Under the pieces are notes generated by a model. The model did no database searches and was not told the DNA's origin. It worked only from the letters and a program-made list of their open reading frames with translations. From positions 5,518,001 through 5,582,000 of the forward strand of contig OZ218953.1 in NCBI GenBank assembly GCA_965112735.1: 64,000 nucleotides of DNA. The letters are read 5' to 3'. The position numbers were made by a program, and so were the translations under genes. Positions within the stretch are counted from its first letter, which is position 1. Every line of letters begins with the position of its first letter. Positions 24,171 to 37,442 of the stretch are shown here, piece after piece. The DNA is from Phaeosaccion multiseriatum (lineage: Eukaryota; Protista; Ochrophyta, other classes).

Positions 24171-26112
24171 GCCACCCGGTTTGCTCTCACCTATTCCCGC
24201 GGCCTCCGACTTGCTAATTCTCCTGCTACCGGTGCTACCGCCTTCGCTGCCATTGCTACCTTCCCGCCCCGCCCCACCAGACGATGCGCTGACCCTCCCC
24301 GCTTCGCTCCCTCGTCGGCCCTCACCACCCCCCCGTCTTGCAGCCCCCGCCCCCTCAGCCCCTCTGCTACCTCTGCTAGCAACAGAAGATGACGAGGACG
24401 AGGATGAAACCGTCGCGCCTGGCGAGGCCCTCCCCCTCCCCCTCGCTGCTGCTGCTGCTGCTGCTGCTGCCCCGGAGGCAGGTGCAGACTGCGGCATCAT
24501 CCCCACGTCATCCTTTCGCTTCAGGCTAGAGGAGTCTCCACTCTCGTTGACAGCCTCGTCGTCTTGTTGGTTGCTCCTGTCCACCTTCACCAGCACGACG
24601 CCCCCGCTGCCACTCGTATCCCACGACTCTCGAGGGGTCTGCTGCCCCGCCTCAGCGTCGGTCGCAGCCCCAGCCACGGCACACGCCGAGCTGGACCGGC
24701 CCCCAGCCGCACCGGGCGTCGCGCGGAATGGAGGGGGAAATTCGCCGCTGGGTGGGCCCGCCACGGGCCTCCCTCCATCGTCTTCCCGTCTGTCTCCTCC
24801 TTCCTTGCCCTCCTTGCGTTTGAAAAGGCCGTCCGAGCTCTTGTTCTCTTCGCCTCTCGCTGCGGGGAAATGTGAAGCACCACCAGACTCTGGCCCACGC
24901 TCCAAACTCTCCTTGTCTCCTTCATCCGCCGCCTTTTGCCCATTCTTCCAGTGCTGTGCCGCTGAGCGCTCCTCCTCCGTGACTCGCTTGAGGTCCAAAT
25001 GGCCGAGGCTCGGTAGAGAGGCCAGCACCTCCACCCGGTACCTGGCCGCGCCGCCAATGCCGCTGCCGCTATTGCCGCCTCCATGTGAGCCTCGCTGCTG
25101 GGCCAGCGGGTTCCCGTCCAGGCTGAGCTCTAGAAGAGACGAGATGCCGCCTCCAAAAAGACAGGCACAGCTCTCATAGGTGGATATTCGATTGTTGGAC
25201 AGGAAGAGGCGCTGTAGTTTCGGTAAGTGATCAATCTCTGCTACTCGCTCGATCTTGTTGCGCCGCAGGTTCAGCTCGGTGAGGCCCTGCAGAAAGCGAA
25301 TCTTCTCCACCACCCGGAGATTATTCCCGGCCAAGTTGAGCACTCTCAAGTCCGTCAGGCTCTCCAATCCTGCATGGTGTAGGTGTCAACGGATGAAATC
25401 AACTTCAGCCTGACCTGCCGAGTCAAACGCGTATCTACTCGCCCACAGTCTCCCCGGCCCTCGTCTCTCCCTCCTCCGCCCTATCCAGCTATCTTCCTTC
25501 CTTTCACCTACCTTGCAGCTGCTGAATGCGATTGGAGTGCAGGTCCAGCACGTCCAGCCTCACCAGCTTCTCCAAGTTGGACACGCTCTTGATCTGGTTC
25601 TTGCCCACCATCAGCACCCGTAGTGTGGTGGTGGCGGGCAAGGTGTCCCCCTCCAGCGACTCGATCTTGTTGTTGTACATGTCCAGGAAGATGAGGTTGG
25701 GCAGCGAGCGCAGGTTGTCGATGCGGGAGATGAGGTTGTTCTGGTAGTTGAGCAGGCGAAGTGATTGCTCGCCCTCCAGTACGGGGCACTTTTCGAGGCT
25801 CATATTGTCGAGGTTGAGGCGCTCCGGACTCGCGGCCTTCTCCTCGGCGGCCCTGGATACGGTGAGCACGTCCTCACTGGTCTTCGTCAACAAGATGCCG
25901 TTCGTGTTGTCTCTGGTGCTTGTGTAATACTTGCCACCGCCAACGTCTGGAGATGTGCTCTCAATACCAATGAGTCCTCCATGTTGAGGGAAAGAAGGGG
26001 CTCCCGCAGCAGCTGCAGCAGCAACAACGGCACCTCCCTGGCCTGACCCGCCTGATGCTCCACCACTAGCAGCAGCAGCCGCAGCAGCAGCAGAGAGGCG
26101 CTTTTGAAGCAT
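22719..26112 (-). CDS. LRRC49: Leucine-rich repeat protein, LRRC49-like, 2 exons
   Basis: SPERLNLDN...CPVLEGEQSLRLLNYQNNLISRIDNL...LRVLMVGKNQIKSVSNLEKLVRLDVLDLHSNRI...LTELNLRRNKI...LDGNPLA...LDLKRVTEEER matches the LRRC49 repeat order as I recall it. One intron, ~25370-25511. Confidence 0.8.
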
Positions 26113-26288
26113 CTCCGGCTTCGTTATACCTCCCTCGCCTTGCTCTCTGGCAAGCTTCCCCCAAGTTGTGTCGTGCCCCTTAAAGAGAGGCCGAGTGTTT
26201 CCCGTAACGCGGTGAGGCAGCCAAGTACCCAGCTGTGAATCGTCCCCGGAGAACCATTTCTGTGCATCAGTATCTTCGGGAGGACTCG

Positions 26289-29200
26289 ATGCCGGAAAGC
26301 GAGGGAGGTGGTGGGAGAGGACATGGAGCTAACGAAGGGGGCTTGGAGGAGGAAAAGCACTCGCCTCGGAAGGAGAGAGACAGGAGAGGAGATGGAGAGA
26401 AGGAAGACGGCTTGGAGGAACAACAACACTCGCCCCGGAAAGAGAGGCACTTCACCTTCCAGGATGATGCGCAGCGCGAGCAGAGTTCGGTCAGGGGAGC
26501 GAGCGCCCCGACGGCCGCGAAGGAAACGAAGAAAAGAAGAAGGCCCTTTGTGCGACGGTCCAGTCTGTTGATGGGAGTCGTCATGGGCATTGCTCTCGTC
26601 ACCTTCTTGCCCTACTTTGTGGATCACGATCGAGACATTCAGCCGCACATCGATTGGGCCAAAAGCAATGTGGACGAGGTGAGGAAAGTACCGGCGTGGG
26701 TCCCGGCCGGGGGGGTGTTTGCGCTGCCGGTCTCGGTTGAGTCCTGCCGCCATTAATGACGGCCAAAGATGGGATGCACATCCACGGTGTTGTCTGCGTG
26801 AAGGAGGTATGTGGCGCGGAGGGGCGAATTTTCTAATCCTGCTACTCCTTTCCTGCTTTGCGATGGTGCAGTTTCTGGGTGCAGATCTCTCCAAAGAGTA
26901 TGAGTGGTTTGGCGGCACTCGGGTGGGGGTGGGTGCGCAGGCATCAGGCATCAAGATGGAGTTTCCCGTGGTCATGATGCCGGGCTTCACATCGGTCGGG
27001 CTTGAGGTGTGGCAGGCAAAGACGTGAGTAACCGGAGGAGGGGGGGCGCAAGAGCGAAGGGGGGAGGAGAGGCTTCCAGTCGAGACTCGCTGCGCGGCCC
27101 CAGTCGAAACCGTCAGGGATAAAGGGAGGGGCATTTTAGGGTCGGTCGCCTCTTAAGCCCTCCTCCCTCCTTCGCCTGTACCTCTCCCCTTCCTGTCGTC
27201 ATCGTCGTACCTGTTCTTCAAAGATGTGCCAAGCACCTGTTCAGACAGCGCTTGTGGGGCACCCGCACATCGATCCAAACCTTCCTCACCAACAGAGAGT
27301 GCTGGATGGATCACATGACACTCCACAACACCACAGGGATGGACCCCGAAGGTTTGTGCGCTTGTGTGTGTATTTGTTTGTGTGTGTGTGTGTGTGTGTG
27401 TTTCCCCCCTGTCCCCTGACCTTGACCTTGGCGCCTGTCTTTCGGTCTCCTTGGCACTGCCATCGCTCTTGACCTCTCCTCGCTTCTCTTCCCGGTGGGC
27501 TCAACGCACTATCTCAACTTGGGGTCGTCCGAGCTTAGGCGTAAAAGTGAGTGTCATACCTCCTGTGCTCTGTGCACACATGAAACACTTTCTTTGGCCC
27601 TCCTTGCTCATGATCCTGCTGCTGATCTGATCGCGCTCCCTTCTACCCCCTCCTGCCTTGTCCGGTTGCCTCTGTACGCCGTGCTGCAACCTGCAAACCC
27701 TCGGTGCTGTGTCTCAAACCCTCTGTGCTCTGTCTCGCTTTTCGCAGCTGCGGTCGGCTCAGGTGAGCGTGCGCATATGTGCGAGTGTGCGTGTGTGCCC
27801 AGCGTCATGAGCTCTCCTCAAATTTGCCCCGTCTGGGCTTGTTGCGGTCAGCCTCCTCTTACGTGTTCGCCTACTCGCCTGCTCACATGTTTGCCCTCCC
27901 GCCACATTGTGGTGCTCCCCTTCCCTTCCTGTGCTTGTGCGCAGGGGCTGGAAGCGGCAGACTTCATTGTTACTGGTAAGGCAAGGAAAGATCAGGGAAG
28001 GCATTCTCTCCTCTGTGTAAGGGGGCATATTCTTCTTCCCCTCCTCCTCCTCCTCCTCCTCCTCCTCTTCTTCTTCTTCTTCTTCTTCTTCTTCTTCTTC
28101 TTCTTCTTCTTCTTCTTCTTCTTCTTCTTCTTCTTCTCTTCTTCTTCTTCTTCTTCTTCTTCTTCTTCTTCTTCTTCTTCTTCTTCTTCTTCTTCTTCTT
28201 CCTCCTCCTCATCCTCCTCCTCACTACTGCCGTCGTACGTGAGTGCACTAACCAGCGTCTTTCTGTCGCTGTGCCTCCCTGTGCATCACTCAGGCTACTG
28301 GGTGTGGGCCAAAGTCATCGAAGCGCTTGGCGACATTGGCTACACGACCAATGGTGAGGGAAGGGAAGCGAAAGGACGGCATTCTCCTCCTCCTCCTCCT
28401 CCTCCTCCTCCTCCTCCTCCTCCTCCTCCTCCTCCTCACGCCCCGCACCCATGGACGAACCAGTCTCTCTGTCCCCCCCCCGCACGCCGGTGCAGGTCCC
28501 ATGTTTCTGATGTTGTCTTTGTACGCATTGATCGTCGTTCCCGGGGCTCAGCGTATGCATTTCCCCACCCCTTCCATTGATCTGGTACAGTACTCGCTTT
28601 GACTATTTATCGTGTTCGTCGCTCATACCTGTCCCTTCCTTCCTCTGCGCCAATGGCCTTTTCTCCTCTTCTTGCTGCAGAGATGGCCATGTCTCCATAC
28701 GACTGGAGACTCTGCCCACAGCTCTTGGAGAAGCGGGACGGGTGAGACGCACAGAGGAAAGCGGGGTGGGGTATGGCTGCAGACAGAGGTGTCTTGTGCA
28801 GGGAGAGGGCCCCTCGTGAGAGTGAGACTGCCCCAGAGTTGCCCCTCCAGCTCCTGCTGTGAGAGACTCATCGTCGAACATGTGCGTCAGACCCCTCCCC
28901 GTGCGTGTGTCTGTTGCTCCTTGATCCACGCCAGCCACCTGAGCAAGCTCAAGGGGACCATCGAGTGGCTCTACAAGCACAACGGTGAGAAGAAAGTGGT
29001 CATCATGGCGCACTCCTACGCATCCAACGTAAGTGCGTACGTAACCAATGTTCGGCAGCAGGTTTGGTGGTTGTGCCCCCCGCTTTCGCTGCTGCTGAGC
29101 ACAGGTGCAGACACGAGAATGACAAGAGCCGAAGCTTTGAAACTTCCCATCTGAGTCGGAAGGGGGTGTCCCTGAGCGAGCACCTGTGTGAGCCCCTGTG

Positions 29201-30060
29201 TGCGCTTCATCGCGCGCCCTTTGAATGTACTCTATTGCACCGCTCTTTGCTCCTGAGTGTGCTCACACCCCCCCTTTTGCCCCCGTTGTCATCACTGTTG
29301 TCATGGCCTTCCTTTGCTCTCGCAGGTGGCCCTCTACTTCTTCAAGGTAAGGTGTGACGTGTGAGGGGACTGAAGAGAGTGCGGGAGGGAGGATGGAGGA
29401 GGGGAGGGAGGGAGGGAAGTACAGGGGGGGTCCAGTCAGCTTTGTGTGTTGACGAGGAGAGAAGGAGGAAAGCGGTGGTGACGATGGCCTGTTGTGTCTC
29501 CGCGTGGGCCGACGCCCGCTCTGATGACGTGGCTCGGTTCGGACGGGATAAAAGAAGGAGCGAGGCCAGGGGGGTGGGGTGAGGATAGGAGGAGGAAGGA
29601 GCTCACAAAGAGGAACCGAGAGGGGGCCCAAGAACCATCATTAGCTGTGCTGTATCACCAACCGCTATAGTATGCGCGTCTTGCCTTCCCACCCACGCAC
29701 CGACCTCTCATGTGTCCTGTGTTGCCATCTGTTGCCATCTGCTTGGCTTTGTGTGTGTAGTGGGTCGAAAGCAAGGACGGAGGCGGCGGTGGTACGGACT
29801 GGGTTGACAAGCACGTGCACGCCTTCGCAAACATCGCGGGTAAGGGTAAGCCGACTGCCTGGAGCGGAGAGGGGCGGGGCGGGGTGGGGGATGAGGGGTG
29901 GGGGATGAGGGGTGGGGGGCAAGGGTTGAAGAGTTGAGGGGAGTGAGGGGCGAAGGGTGGCAGCCTTCTCCCTCGCATGGACACTAACATTGCAGTCGGT
30001 CATTCCTTTCCTTCCATTTGCACTTGCCGCAGGACCGCTTCTCGGGGTTCCAAAGGTGCG

Positions 30061-30106
<46 letters not shown>

Positions 30107-32240
30107 AGGGAGGGAGGGAGGACCACCCCTGCCCGATGGCTTGTGCTGCGCGCCTGATGCCTCGGCTGATGCCTTGTCAGGCCTTTACCGCCCTGAACGC
30201 CCGCTCAACGCTGCATGTCTCTAATTGATGCTTTGATGCTGTCTTGTCTTGTTTGTTGGTGAGCGCAGACAACATCAGCACTTCTCTCCGGCGAGATGAG
30301 GGACACCGCAAATCTCGGCACCCTCTCTCGGTACTTTGTAAGTCCCGTGGGGATGTGCGCGGTGCTGCTGTCAAATCCTTCGCCCCTTGCTCCGATCCAC
30401 CCCTTTGCTAAACTTTGTTTCCCCTTCACCACACTCGTCGCACCTTCGATTCTCCCCTTTTCCGTGCTCGTGCTCGTATACCCTTGCCTCTGTCTACTTG
30501 TCTTCGCTCTTTATTAGGACAAGTACCTTTCCCACAAGGCCCGGCTCAACCTCGTCAGGTGAGTAATGCCCTCAGGGATGGCAACTTGGGGATGGGGATG
30601 GAAGCTGAAACGGACTTGCTTGTTGCGGTGCGGTGCCGGCGAGAGAGGGCCGTTCTCATGTCAGCCCTCAGATCGCTGGCTGACCTCCTCTGTCTCTCTC
30701 CTTTCAGGACGTGGACGAGCCTGCTTACGATGCTTCCCAAGGGCGGGGATAAGGTGAGTACATGCATGTAGGCATGCAGGAGGGAGGGACGAACAGAAGG
30801 CGCCTTCATCCACCCCTACCTGTGTGAAGGGAGAGAGGGGGCGTATTCTGTTGCGGATGTGTGTATCTGCGGGAGAGAGAGAGTGTGCCTCGGAACCCTG
30901 CTGTTGCCCCCAACGTAGAGCAACTCTCCCCTCCCCCTCGTCCTCGCCCTCCCCGAAGCTGTGGGGCAACTCCTCCTTCGCGGCGGACACCGGCTGCCAG
31001 TTTGACGGAGCCATCGACTACAGCATTGTCAAGCGGGACAGTGGGGACGAGGTCTTGACGACAGCAGGGACTTGCGCGGATGAGGATGGCGACGGCGACG
31101 GCGATGGTGATGGCGATGGCGCCTTTTCACCGTCCTTGGGCAACATGGTTGCCTTTCGGTAAGTAGGCTGTGGTGTGTCTGTCTCCGTCTGTGCCCAGAT
31201 GCCTGGGTGGGACTTCGTTCCCCCTCTCGCTCTCTCCCTTTGCATTCAAGCGTATCCTTGCATGACGCAGGAACGAGCAAGAGATGTGAATGAGCGAATC
31301 TCCTGTGCCGACTGAAGCCGATCGAAGTCCCAAAACGGGTTACCCGCTGCGCTCGGCGCCTGCTGAAAGCCTACCCTCGTCCTCGTCTCGCTTAATGACT
31401 TAAAGAATGAACACGCCCCCTCTAAACTCAAAACTGAAAATCCCCCACCCGCACCACAGGCCAACACCCCCCCCCACCCCCACGGAGGAAACAACGCAAA
31501 CCCCGCAGACGCCTTCAGCAACCAATCTGACATGGGAGGGCGTATTCACAGGCCCTTTGCTCTCCTCCTTTGCCTTCTCCAAGGAGCGCGTGGAGGAGTG
31601 GGCGGCGGCGACGGAGGTGGCTGCTCGAGGCACCAATTTGCGCAAGAAGAAGTACGACTCGCCCAAGTATTGGAACTCTCCTCTCACCTTGGCCCTGCCT
31701 AACGCCCCGGGGATGAAGGTGAGGGAAGGAACCTAGCCACTGGAGGGAGGGATATAGTTAGGGAGAGAGGGAGAGAGGGGGATCTCGGTCCAGTCACAGC
31801 GGCTGTGAACAGAATCGAGCGAGATTGCATTCCCTCTCTTTGATGAAGTGCTTCACCCTAACGAATGCTTGTACCGCTTGCACCTTTGGCTGCTTTGTGC
31901 AAGCATGGTAGGCACGCTGCTTTACGAGCCCCCTCTCTCCCCACTTCTCCTCTCTCCTACATAGATTTACTGCCTACACGGAGTGGGCGGCGCCACGGAG
32001 CGTGCCTATCTGTATCATCATCAGCTGTCGGACGAGGCCAACAAAGAGGGAGAGAGACGGGAGCGCGAACCATCGGCGGGGGCAGCAGAGGCGCAAGACT
32101 GGAATGGGCAGTACATCATCAACAACGCCGTTTCAGAAGGCGGGTATCAAAGAGGTGAGGAGGGGTGCCTGCCGCGGCGTGTCAGTAGAAATTCAGTAAG
32201 GGTCACTTCGCTGCCCTTACTCAAAACCCTCTTTGCCGTA

Positions 32241-32286
<46 letters not shown>

Positions 32287-32776
32287 ACCTGCCTCCCTGC
32301 TGATGTTATCCCACGGTTTGTCGATCCCTGGCGCTCGCCCAGGCCTGCGCTTGACCGACGGAGATGAAACGGTGCCCCTGCTGTCCCTTGGCTTCATGTG
32401 CCAAGCGTGGAAGGACCACGACCTTCCGTACAATCCGAACGGCATCGAAGTGACGACGAAGGAGTACTTACACAAGCCTGCAATGCTCCCCAGGGGGGGG
32501 AGCACCAGCAGCAACCACGTCGACATCATGGGCAATGCAGGTTCGTGACTGACTGACTGACTGACATGGGAGTGGAGGGGTGATCGTGTCTTGCAGTTCG
32601 TTCGGCCGAGCAAGGTTTTCAGCCTTTCTCCTTGCCCCTTCCTCCCCCCTCCCCCTTGCTCAGAACTGATCCTGGATCTCTTGTCCATCGCGGGGGGGTA
32701 CGGCGAAGGAGGCAGCAACGTTATGGAAAGAATTCACTCCCCAATCAAAAGCATTTTCAAACGAGTCGGCCTGTGA
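26289..32776 (+). CDS. PDAT: Phospholipid:diacylglycerol acyltransferase (LCAT/PDAT family), highly fragmented into many small exons
   Basis: Spliced motifs: N-terminal TM, PVVMMPGFTSVGLEVW, FRQRLWG, DPEGVKLRSAQGLEAADF, GYWVWAKVIE, PYDWRL, AHSY, GPLLGVPK, LLSGEMRDTA, MLPKGGD, YCLHGVG..TERAYLY, DGDETVPLLSLGFMC and HVDIMGN. Confidence 0.93.
28040..28221. repeat. Compound (CTC)n/(CTT)n microsatellite in a PDAT intron
   Basis: Seen directly. Confidence 0.95.
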
Positions 32777-33313
32777 AGGGGAATCATGAGTGCCAACAAT
32801 TTTGTAGGATGTACATAAAAGATGGAATTGAGTTTGGAGGGGTAAGGGGAAGAAGAAGAACAAGGAAGAAGGCTGTTCAGGCGGGGAGAAGAAGGGAAAC
32901 ATATCGTCTCTCCCCGCTTGATTTCAATGAGTATTTTCTGTGGAGAATCGTAGGAATAGGAGGCAGTCAGTGTCTGCGGGCCTGCAAACACTCACGCTGC
33001 TGCCGGGCCGTGCGAAAGGCTTCGTGGTGCTTTCGAAATGTTATGTCAATTAAGTTTTCTTTTCAATGTAATAGATTTATTCACCTTTCACCTATTGTAA
33101 GCATCAATGTCTCCCAAAATAACATTTTTTTATATATATATATACTAAGCATCACATCCAAATAAAATAGTCTATCTCAACCAAAAAAAAAAATTTAAGA
33201 GCTCTGAGCTCTCTCCATCTCCCTCTCTCCATCGATCTATCTATCTCTCTCTCTCGCTCCATCGATCTATCTATCTCTCTCTCTCGCGCTCGTTCTCTCC
33301 CTCCCTCTCTCTG

Positions 33314-35227
33314 TCAGTCGCTCACGTCCTCCTGCGGGTGCAGCAGCTGCTGCTCCTGCTTGAGCGGGGATGCCGGCTGAGTCTTGTGACCGCCTATCGA
33401 CACGGGCACAGACACCGCCCTCACGGCCTTGAGGGAAAGCTCAGCAGTCTTGATGGGGTCCAGCCCTCCGATGGATGACGACTTGCGCCACCCCGGCGTC
33501 CCTGCCCCGCCCTCGACAAAGTAGCCGTGACCCTGCCCGTGTACTTGCCCCTGCCCCGCGTGTCCTTGGTGCCCTGCTGCTGCTGCGGCGGCGGCGGCGG
33601 CGGCGGCGGGGGCGCCAGCAAAGACTCCGTAACTGTTGCTATTGCGCGGCGTGGAGCCCGTGCTGCTGCCGTTGCTATTGTTCTTGTTGCTGTTGCTGTA
33701 GGGGGCACCGCTCGTCATCATGGGGGTCACGCGCGGAGACCTCGGAGTCCTTGGCGTGAGCGGCGTGCGGGGCGTCTTTGGTGTCTTGGGCGTCTTGGGG
33801 GGCGAGCTCGTGAAGAAGGTTGAGTGCTCCCTCGCCCCCGGCTGGGAGGTGGGCGTCTTGGTGGCGTGGACTGCCATCTGGTGAATGTGCACCATGAGGG
33901 AGCCGCTCTTGGACCTCCTCTCGGCGGTGCGCGGCGTCTCGCTGCACGTGCTGCCCAACGGGCTGGGGCTGCTCGTGCTGCGCTCGTCCGTGGGCGTCAG
34001 CACTGCAGACATGGAGCTGCTCCTCGTGCTCAGGAGCCCACCAGATTCCTGCTGTATCACCAACTGCTGCGGTTGCGGCTGCTGCTGCTGCGGCTGCTGC
34101 TGCTGCTGCTGCTGCCAAGGCTGCTGCCAGACATCCGTGGGAGTCCCTGACGCCGTGGGGGTGGCGTTGGGGGTGGAGAAGCTGCGATAGTTTGAAAGCC
34201 TTCCGCCGCCCCGAGGCTTGTACCCATCCAACACGGGAAGGCTGCAAGGCCTTGACGGGATTCTTCCTGGTGAAAAGGACTGCAGCGAGCTGGCTCCCCT
34301 CCCTCCCGCTGCTGCTGGCGTTCCCGCTTCGCTGCCTCCCTCACTGCCCCCCTTGTGGAAGATGCCCTGCGGGGACTTGAGGTCTTCGAGGTTGAGGCCT
34401 GCAGGGCGGCGCTTGTGCAGGTGATTCAGATTGCTCACAGCCTCCGTGCTGCACGGCGATCGCGAGGTTGACTTGTGCCGAGGGGCACGACCCTCCCGAC
34501 CCCCCTTCTCCGCGTCCCTATTGCTGCCACCACCGCCAGAGCCAACGCTGTTATTTGTAGTGCTACTGCTGCTGCTCTCCCCCCTCCCCTTCCCGCTATA
34601 GTCGCCCTTCAGCTTCTCCCTTCTCGCGCTTCCCACCTCCCTGTCCCCCACCGCGAAGGCCAGTGCCTGCATGCCCCCCCCGGCCGAGGAGTTGGCGTGT
34701 CCTCTGTGCCCCTGTCCGCGGCTGTTGGCCCGGCCCAAAGCCCCCCCAGGGGCGGAGCTCCTCCTGCTGCTACTCCGACGATGGCCCTGACCAGTAATCG
34801 CACTGGACCTGATGCCCGCACCACCGCCGCCACCGCTGCTGTTGCTGTAAGCACCGATATTGTGATTCCCGTGGCCATCAATACCGCCATCAACAACCAT
34901 CACCTCCGCTCCGTCTGCGAGGGTTTCCTTGCTGCCGCAGGAGAGACTGTCCGTGCCGCTGCTCGAGAGGGAGCTGTTGCCCGCCGGCGTGCCGTCGTCG
35001 TTTAGCTCGGGGATATCGAGGGGCCGGGGGGGCACCCAAGACGTGCGGCTCGTTGTGCATGCAGAGGGGGGGCGGCTGTTGATGTCACTGCTGCTGCTGC
35101 TGCTGCTGCTGTTGCTGTGCTCCAGTATTTCCGCCTCTCCCACCTCCCCACCTGCTCCCCTCCCTCTTCTGGACCCGTCTCCTTCCTTGTACTTTCTATG
35201 CTCCTCCTCCTCCTCCTCCTCCTCCTC

Positions 35228-35269
<42 letters not shown>

Positions 35270-36775
35270 GTGTTGCTGCTGCTGCTGCTGCTCGCTGCTG
35301 TCGGAGTCGTCGGAGTCGTTCTCCCTGAAGAGCTCGTCCACGGCTGCGGGCCTCCGCTGTCGCCGAAGCTTCCCCTGCTGCTGCTGAAAGGGCTGCTGCA
35401 GTTGCTGTGGGTGTTGCTGCTGCTGCTGTTGCTGCTGGTGGTGGTGCTGGTGCTGCTGCTGCTGATAGTGGTGGTTGGCGCTGTTGCCGCTTGTCGGTAC
35501 GGACTTTGGTCTGAGCACTGGGGTAGAGATCGAGAAGGCAGAGCTCGGAGTGGAGGGCCCGGTCATCAAGTCGGCAACCCATGGATGGTCCAGCAGCTCC
35601 GAGGCAGCGGGTCTCACGGCGGGGTCCCGCACGAAGCAGCACCTCAGGAAGTCGAGGCCCGGAGAAGATAAGTGGTCCGGGAGGTCGGGCAGCTCCTTAC
35701 TGTTGGCGATCTTGTACAGCACCGCCACCAGCTCCTTGATGTGCGACCACGGGGGAGAGCCTGTGGACATCTCCAGGATGGTGCAGCCCAGGCTCCACGT
35801 GTCGCACGTCACGGTGCAGGGTGCCTGGAAGACCACTTCAGGGGCGATCCAGTAGGTGGTGCCTTGGATGGACGGGAGCACGCCGTCGCACGTTGAGCGA
35901 AGCGTCAAGTCTTCTAATCGGCGACTGGCCCCAAAGTCCGCGAGCTTGCACACCCCAGACGCCGACACGAGAACGTTCAGACCCTTCAGATCGCGGTGGA
36001 TGACGTTGTTGCTGTGCAGGTAGGAGAGTCCCTCCAGGATCTGCACCGTGTAGCGGCGCAACACGCGCTCGCTCAAGGGCCCAAACTTCTTGATGAGACT
36101 GGCGACGCTGCCCCCCGGCATGTACTCCATGAAGATGTGCAGGTGGTCCTCGCTCATCTGCGTCCCTATGTAGCGCACAATGTTCTTGTGGCGGAAAGTC
36201 TTCATGAGGTCAATTTCGGCCTTCAGCTTGGACAAACTGCTCTTCTGAAGGTGCTGCTGCAGTTGTGGCCGCCGTGGGGGGCTATTACTATCATCGCTGG
36301 TATCGCTGGCACGCCGTCTCGCTTTGTCTGCATCCTCCAGCCTCACTGACTTGACGGCCATGAGGGACCCGTCCAGATCACTGAGGGCCAGGTACACCTT
36401 GCCATAAGCCCCCTTGTCCAACAGCTCGCCCCGCTTCCATGGGATGGTCTGGCCGCAGCTGCTGTCGCTGCTAGAGCTGAGCGACTCTTCATCAATTGGA
36501 TCCTTGCCTTCATCAAATGGAGGCCAGGAGGTGCTGCAGGAAGGCTGCAGGCAGGGTGGATGCCCTCCTCTCCTCCTCCGCACCTCCCCCTCCTGCACCT
36601 CCCCCCCCAAGCGGGTGTAACTCGAATCTTCTCCGCTGTCCTCTTCTTCCTCCACTGCCCGTAAACATTGCTCACCCGGGCCTAGTGTCCGTTCCTCTCC
36701 TGCCCCTGCTGCTGTTCCCCCTGTAGCCGCAGTTTCCCCTGCAGCCGCAGCTGCTGTTGCTTGTTCTTCCGCCAT
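33314..36775 (-). CDS. MAP kinase kinase kinase (STE11/MEKK/NPK1-like) with a long low-complexity C-terminus; single ORF
   Basis: WKRGELLDKGAYGKVY, MAVKSV, HKNIVRYIG, IFMEYMPGGSV, YTVQILEGLSYLH, HRDLKGLN, KLADFGAS, WIAPE, DTWSLGCT and GSPPW. Confidence 0.92.
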
Positions 36776-37442
36776 GTTCAGGACCCCCCCAGCAGAAAAT
36801 CATCAGGGACCATAAAAAGCGGCCGCTTAGTTACTTACTCCGTTACTTCACCACGAAGAAATGCCACACATACTAAGCAACGGAGAACACAGCAGCAGCA
36901 GCCGCTTCATGCCGCGACAGCATCCTCCCCAAGTCCCCCCCTACCGGAAACTTCTTTAAAATCCTCCAGCCTGTTCGTCGTGTAAAAGTTCTCGTCTCCT
37001 TTCCTTCCCTCGTGGTTTGGAGAGCACCTTGTGATAAGTGGGGCCACTCCGCTCCTCCCTTGTGGGTGGCCTATATCTTTTATCTTTTATGGGCCTGTCC
37101 CTCCCCTCTTCAAGCAGCACTTCTTTTTATATGCAACAGCACAGGGGCCGGCCCCAAAAAAAATTGGCTGAGGCAGGGTCAACTGAAACTAGAAAGACCC
37201 CCTCGTGTCCCGCATACGTAAGTCCTGCATGGCCCTTACGTAAAGACCTCCTCCTCCGCGACGATGCCGGCATTCGACTTGTCTTGACGAGGGCAACACG
37301 ATGCGCATGTTCAAACTCGCTAAAACAGTAGATTGGGGTGGGGGGAAGTTCCTGAAAAAAAATAAAAATAGTGACAATTTTTTTTTTTTTATCGCATTTG
37401 TCGTGTTCTCTTAAATGACTAACGAATCAAGAATTGAAGAAG

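Noticed and set aside
33227-33286. 30-bp tandem duplication (ctccatcgatctatctatctctctctctcg x2) after the MAP3K stop
   Set aside because: Ordinary microsatellite-associated slippage with no sign of function.
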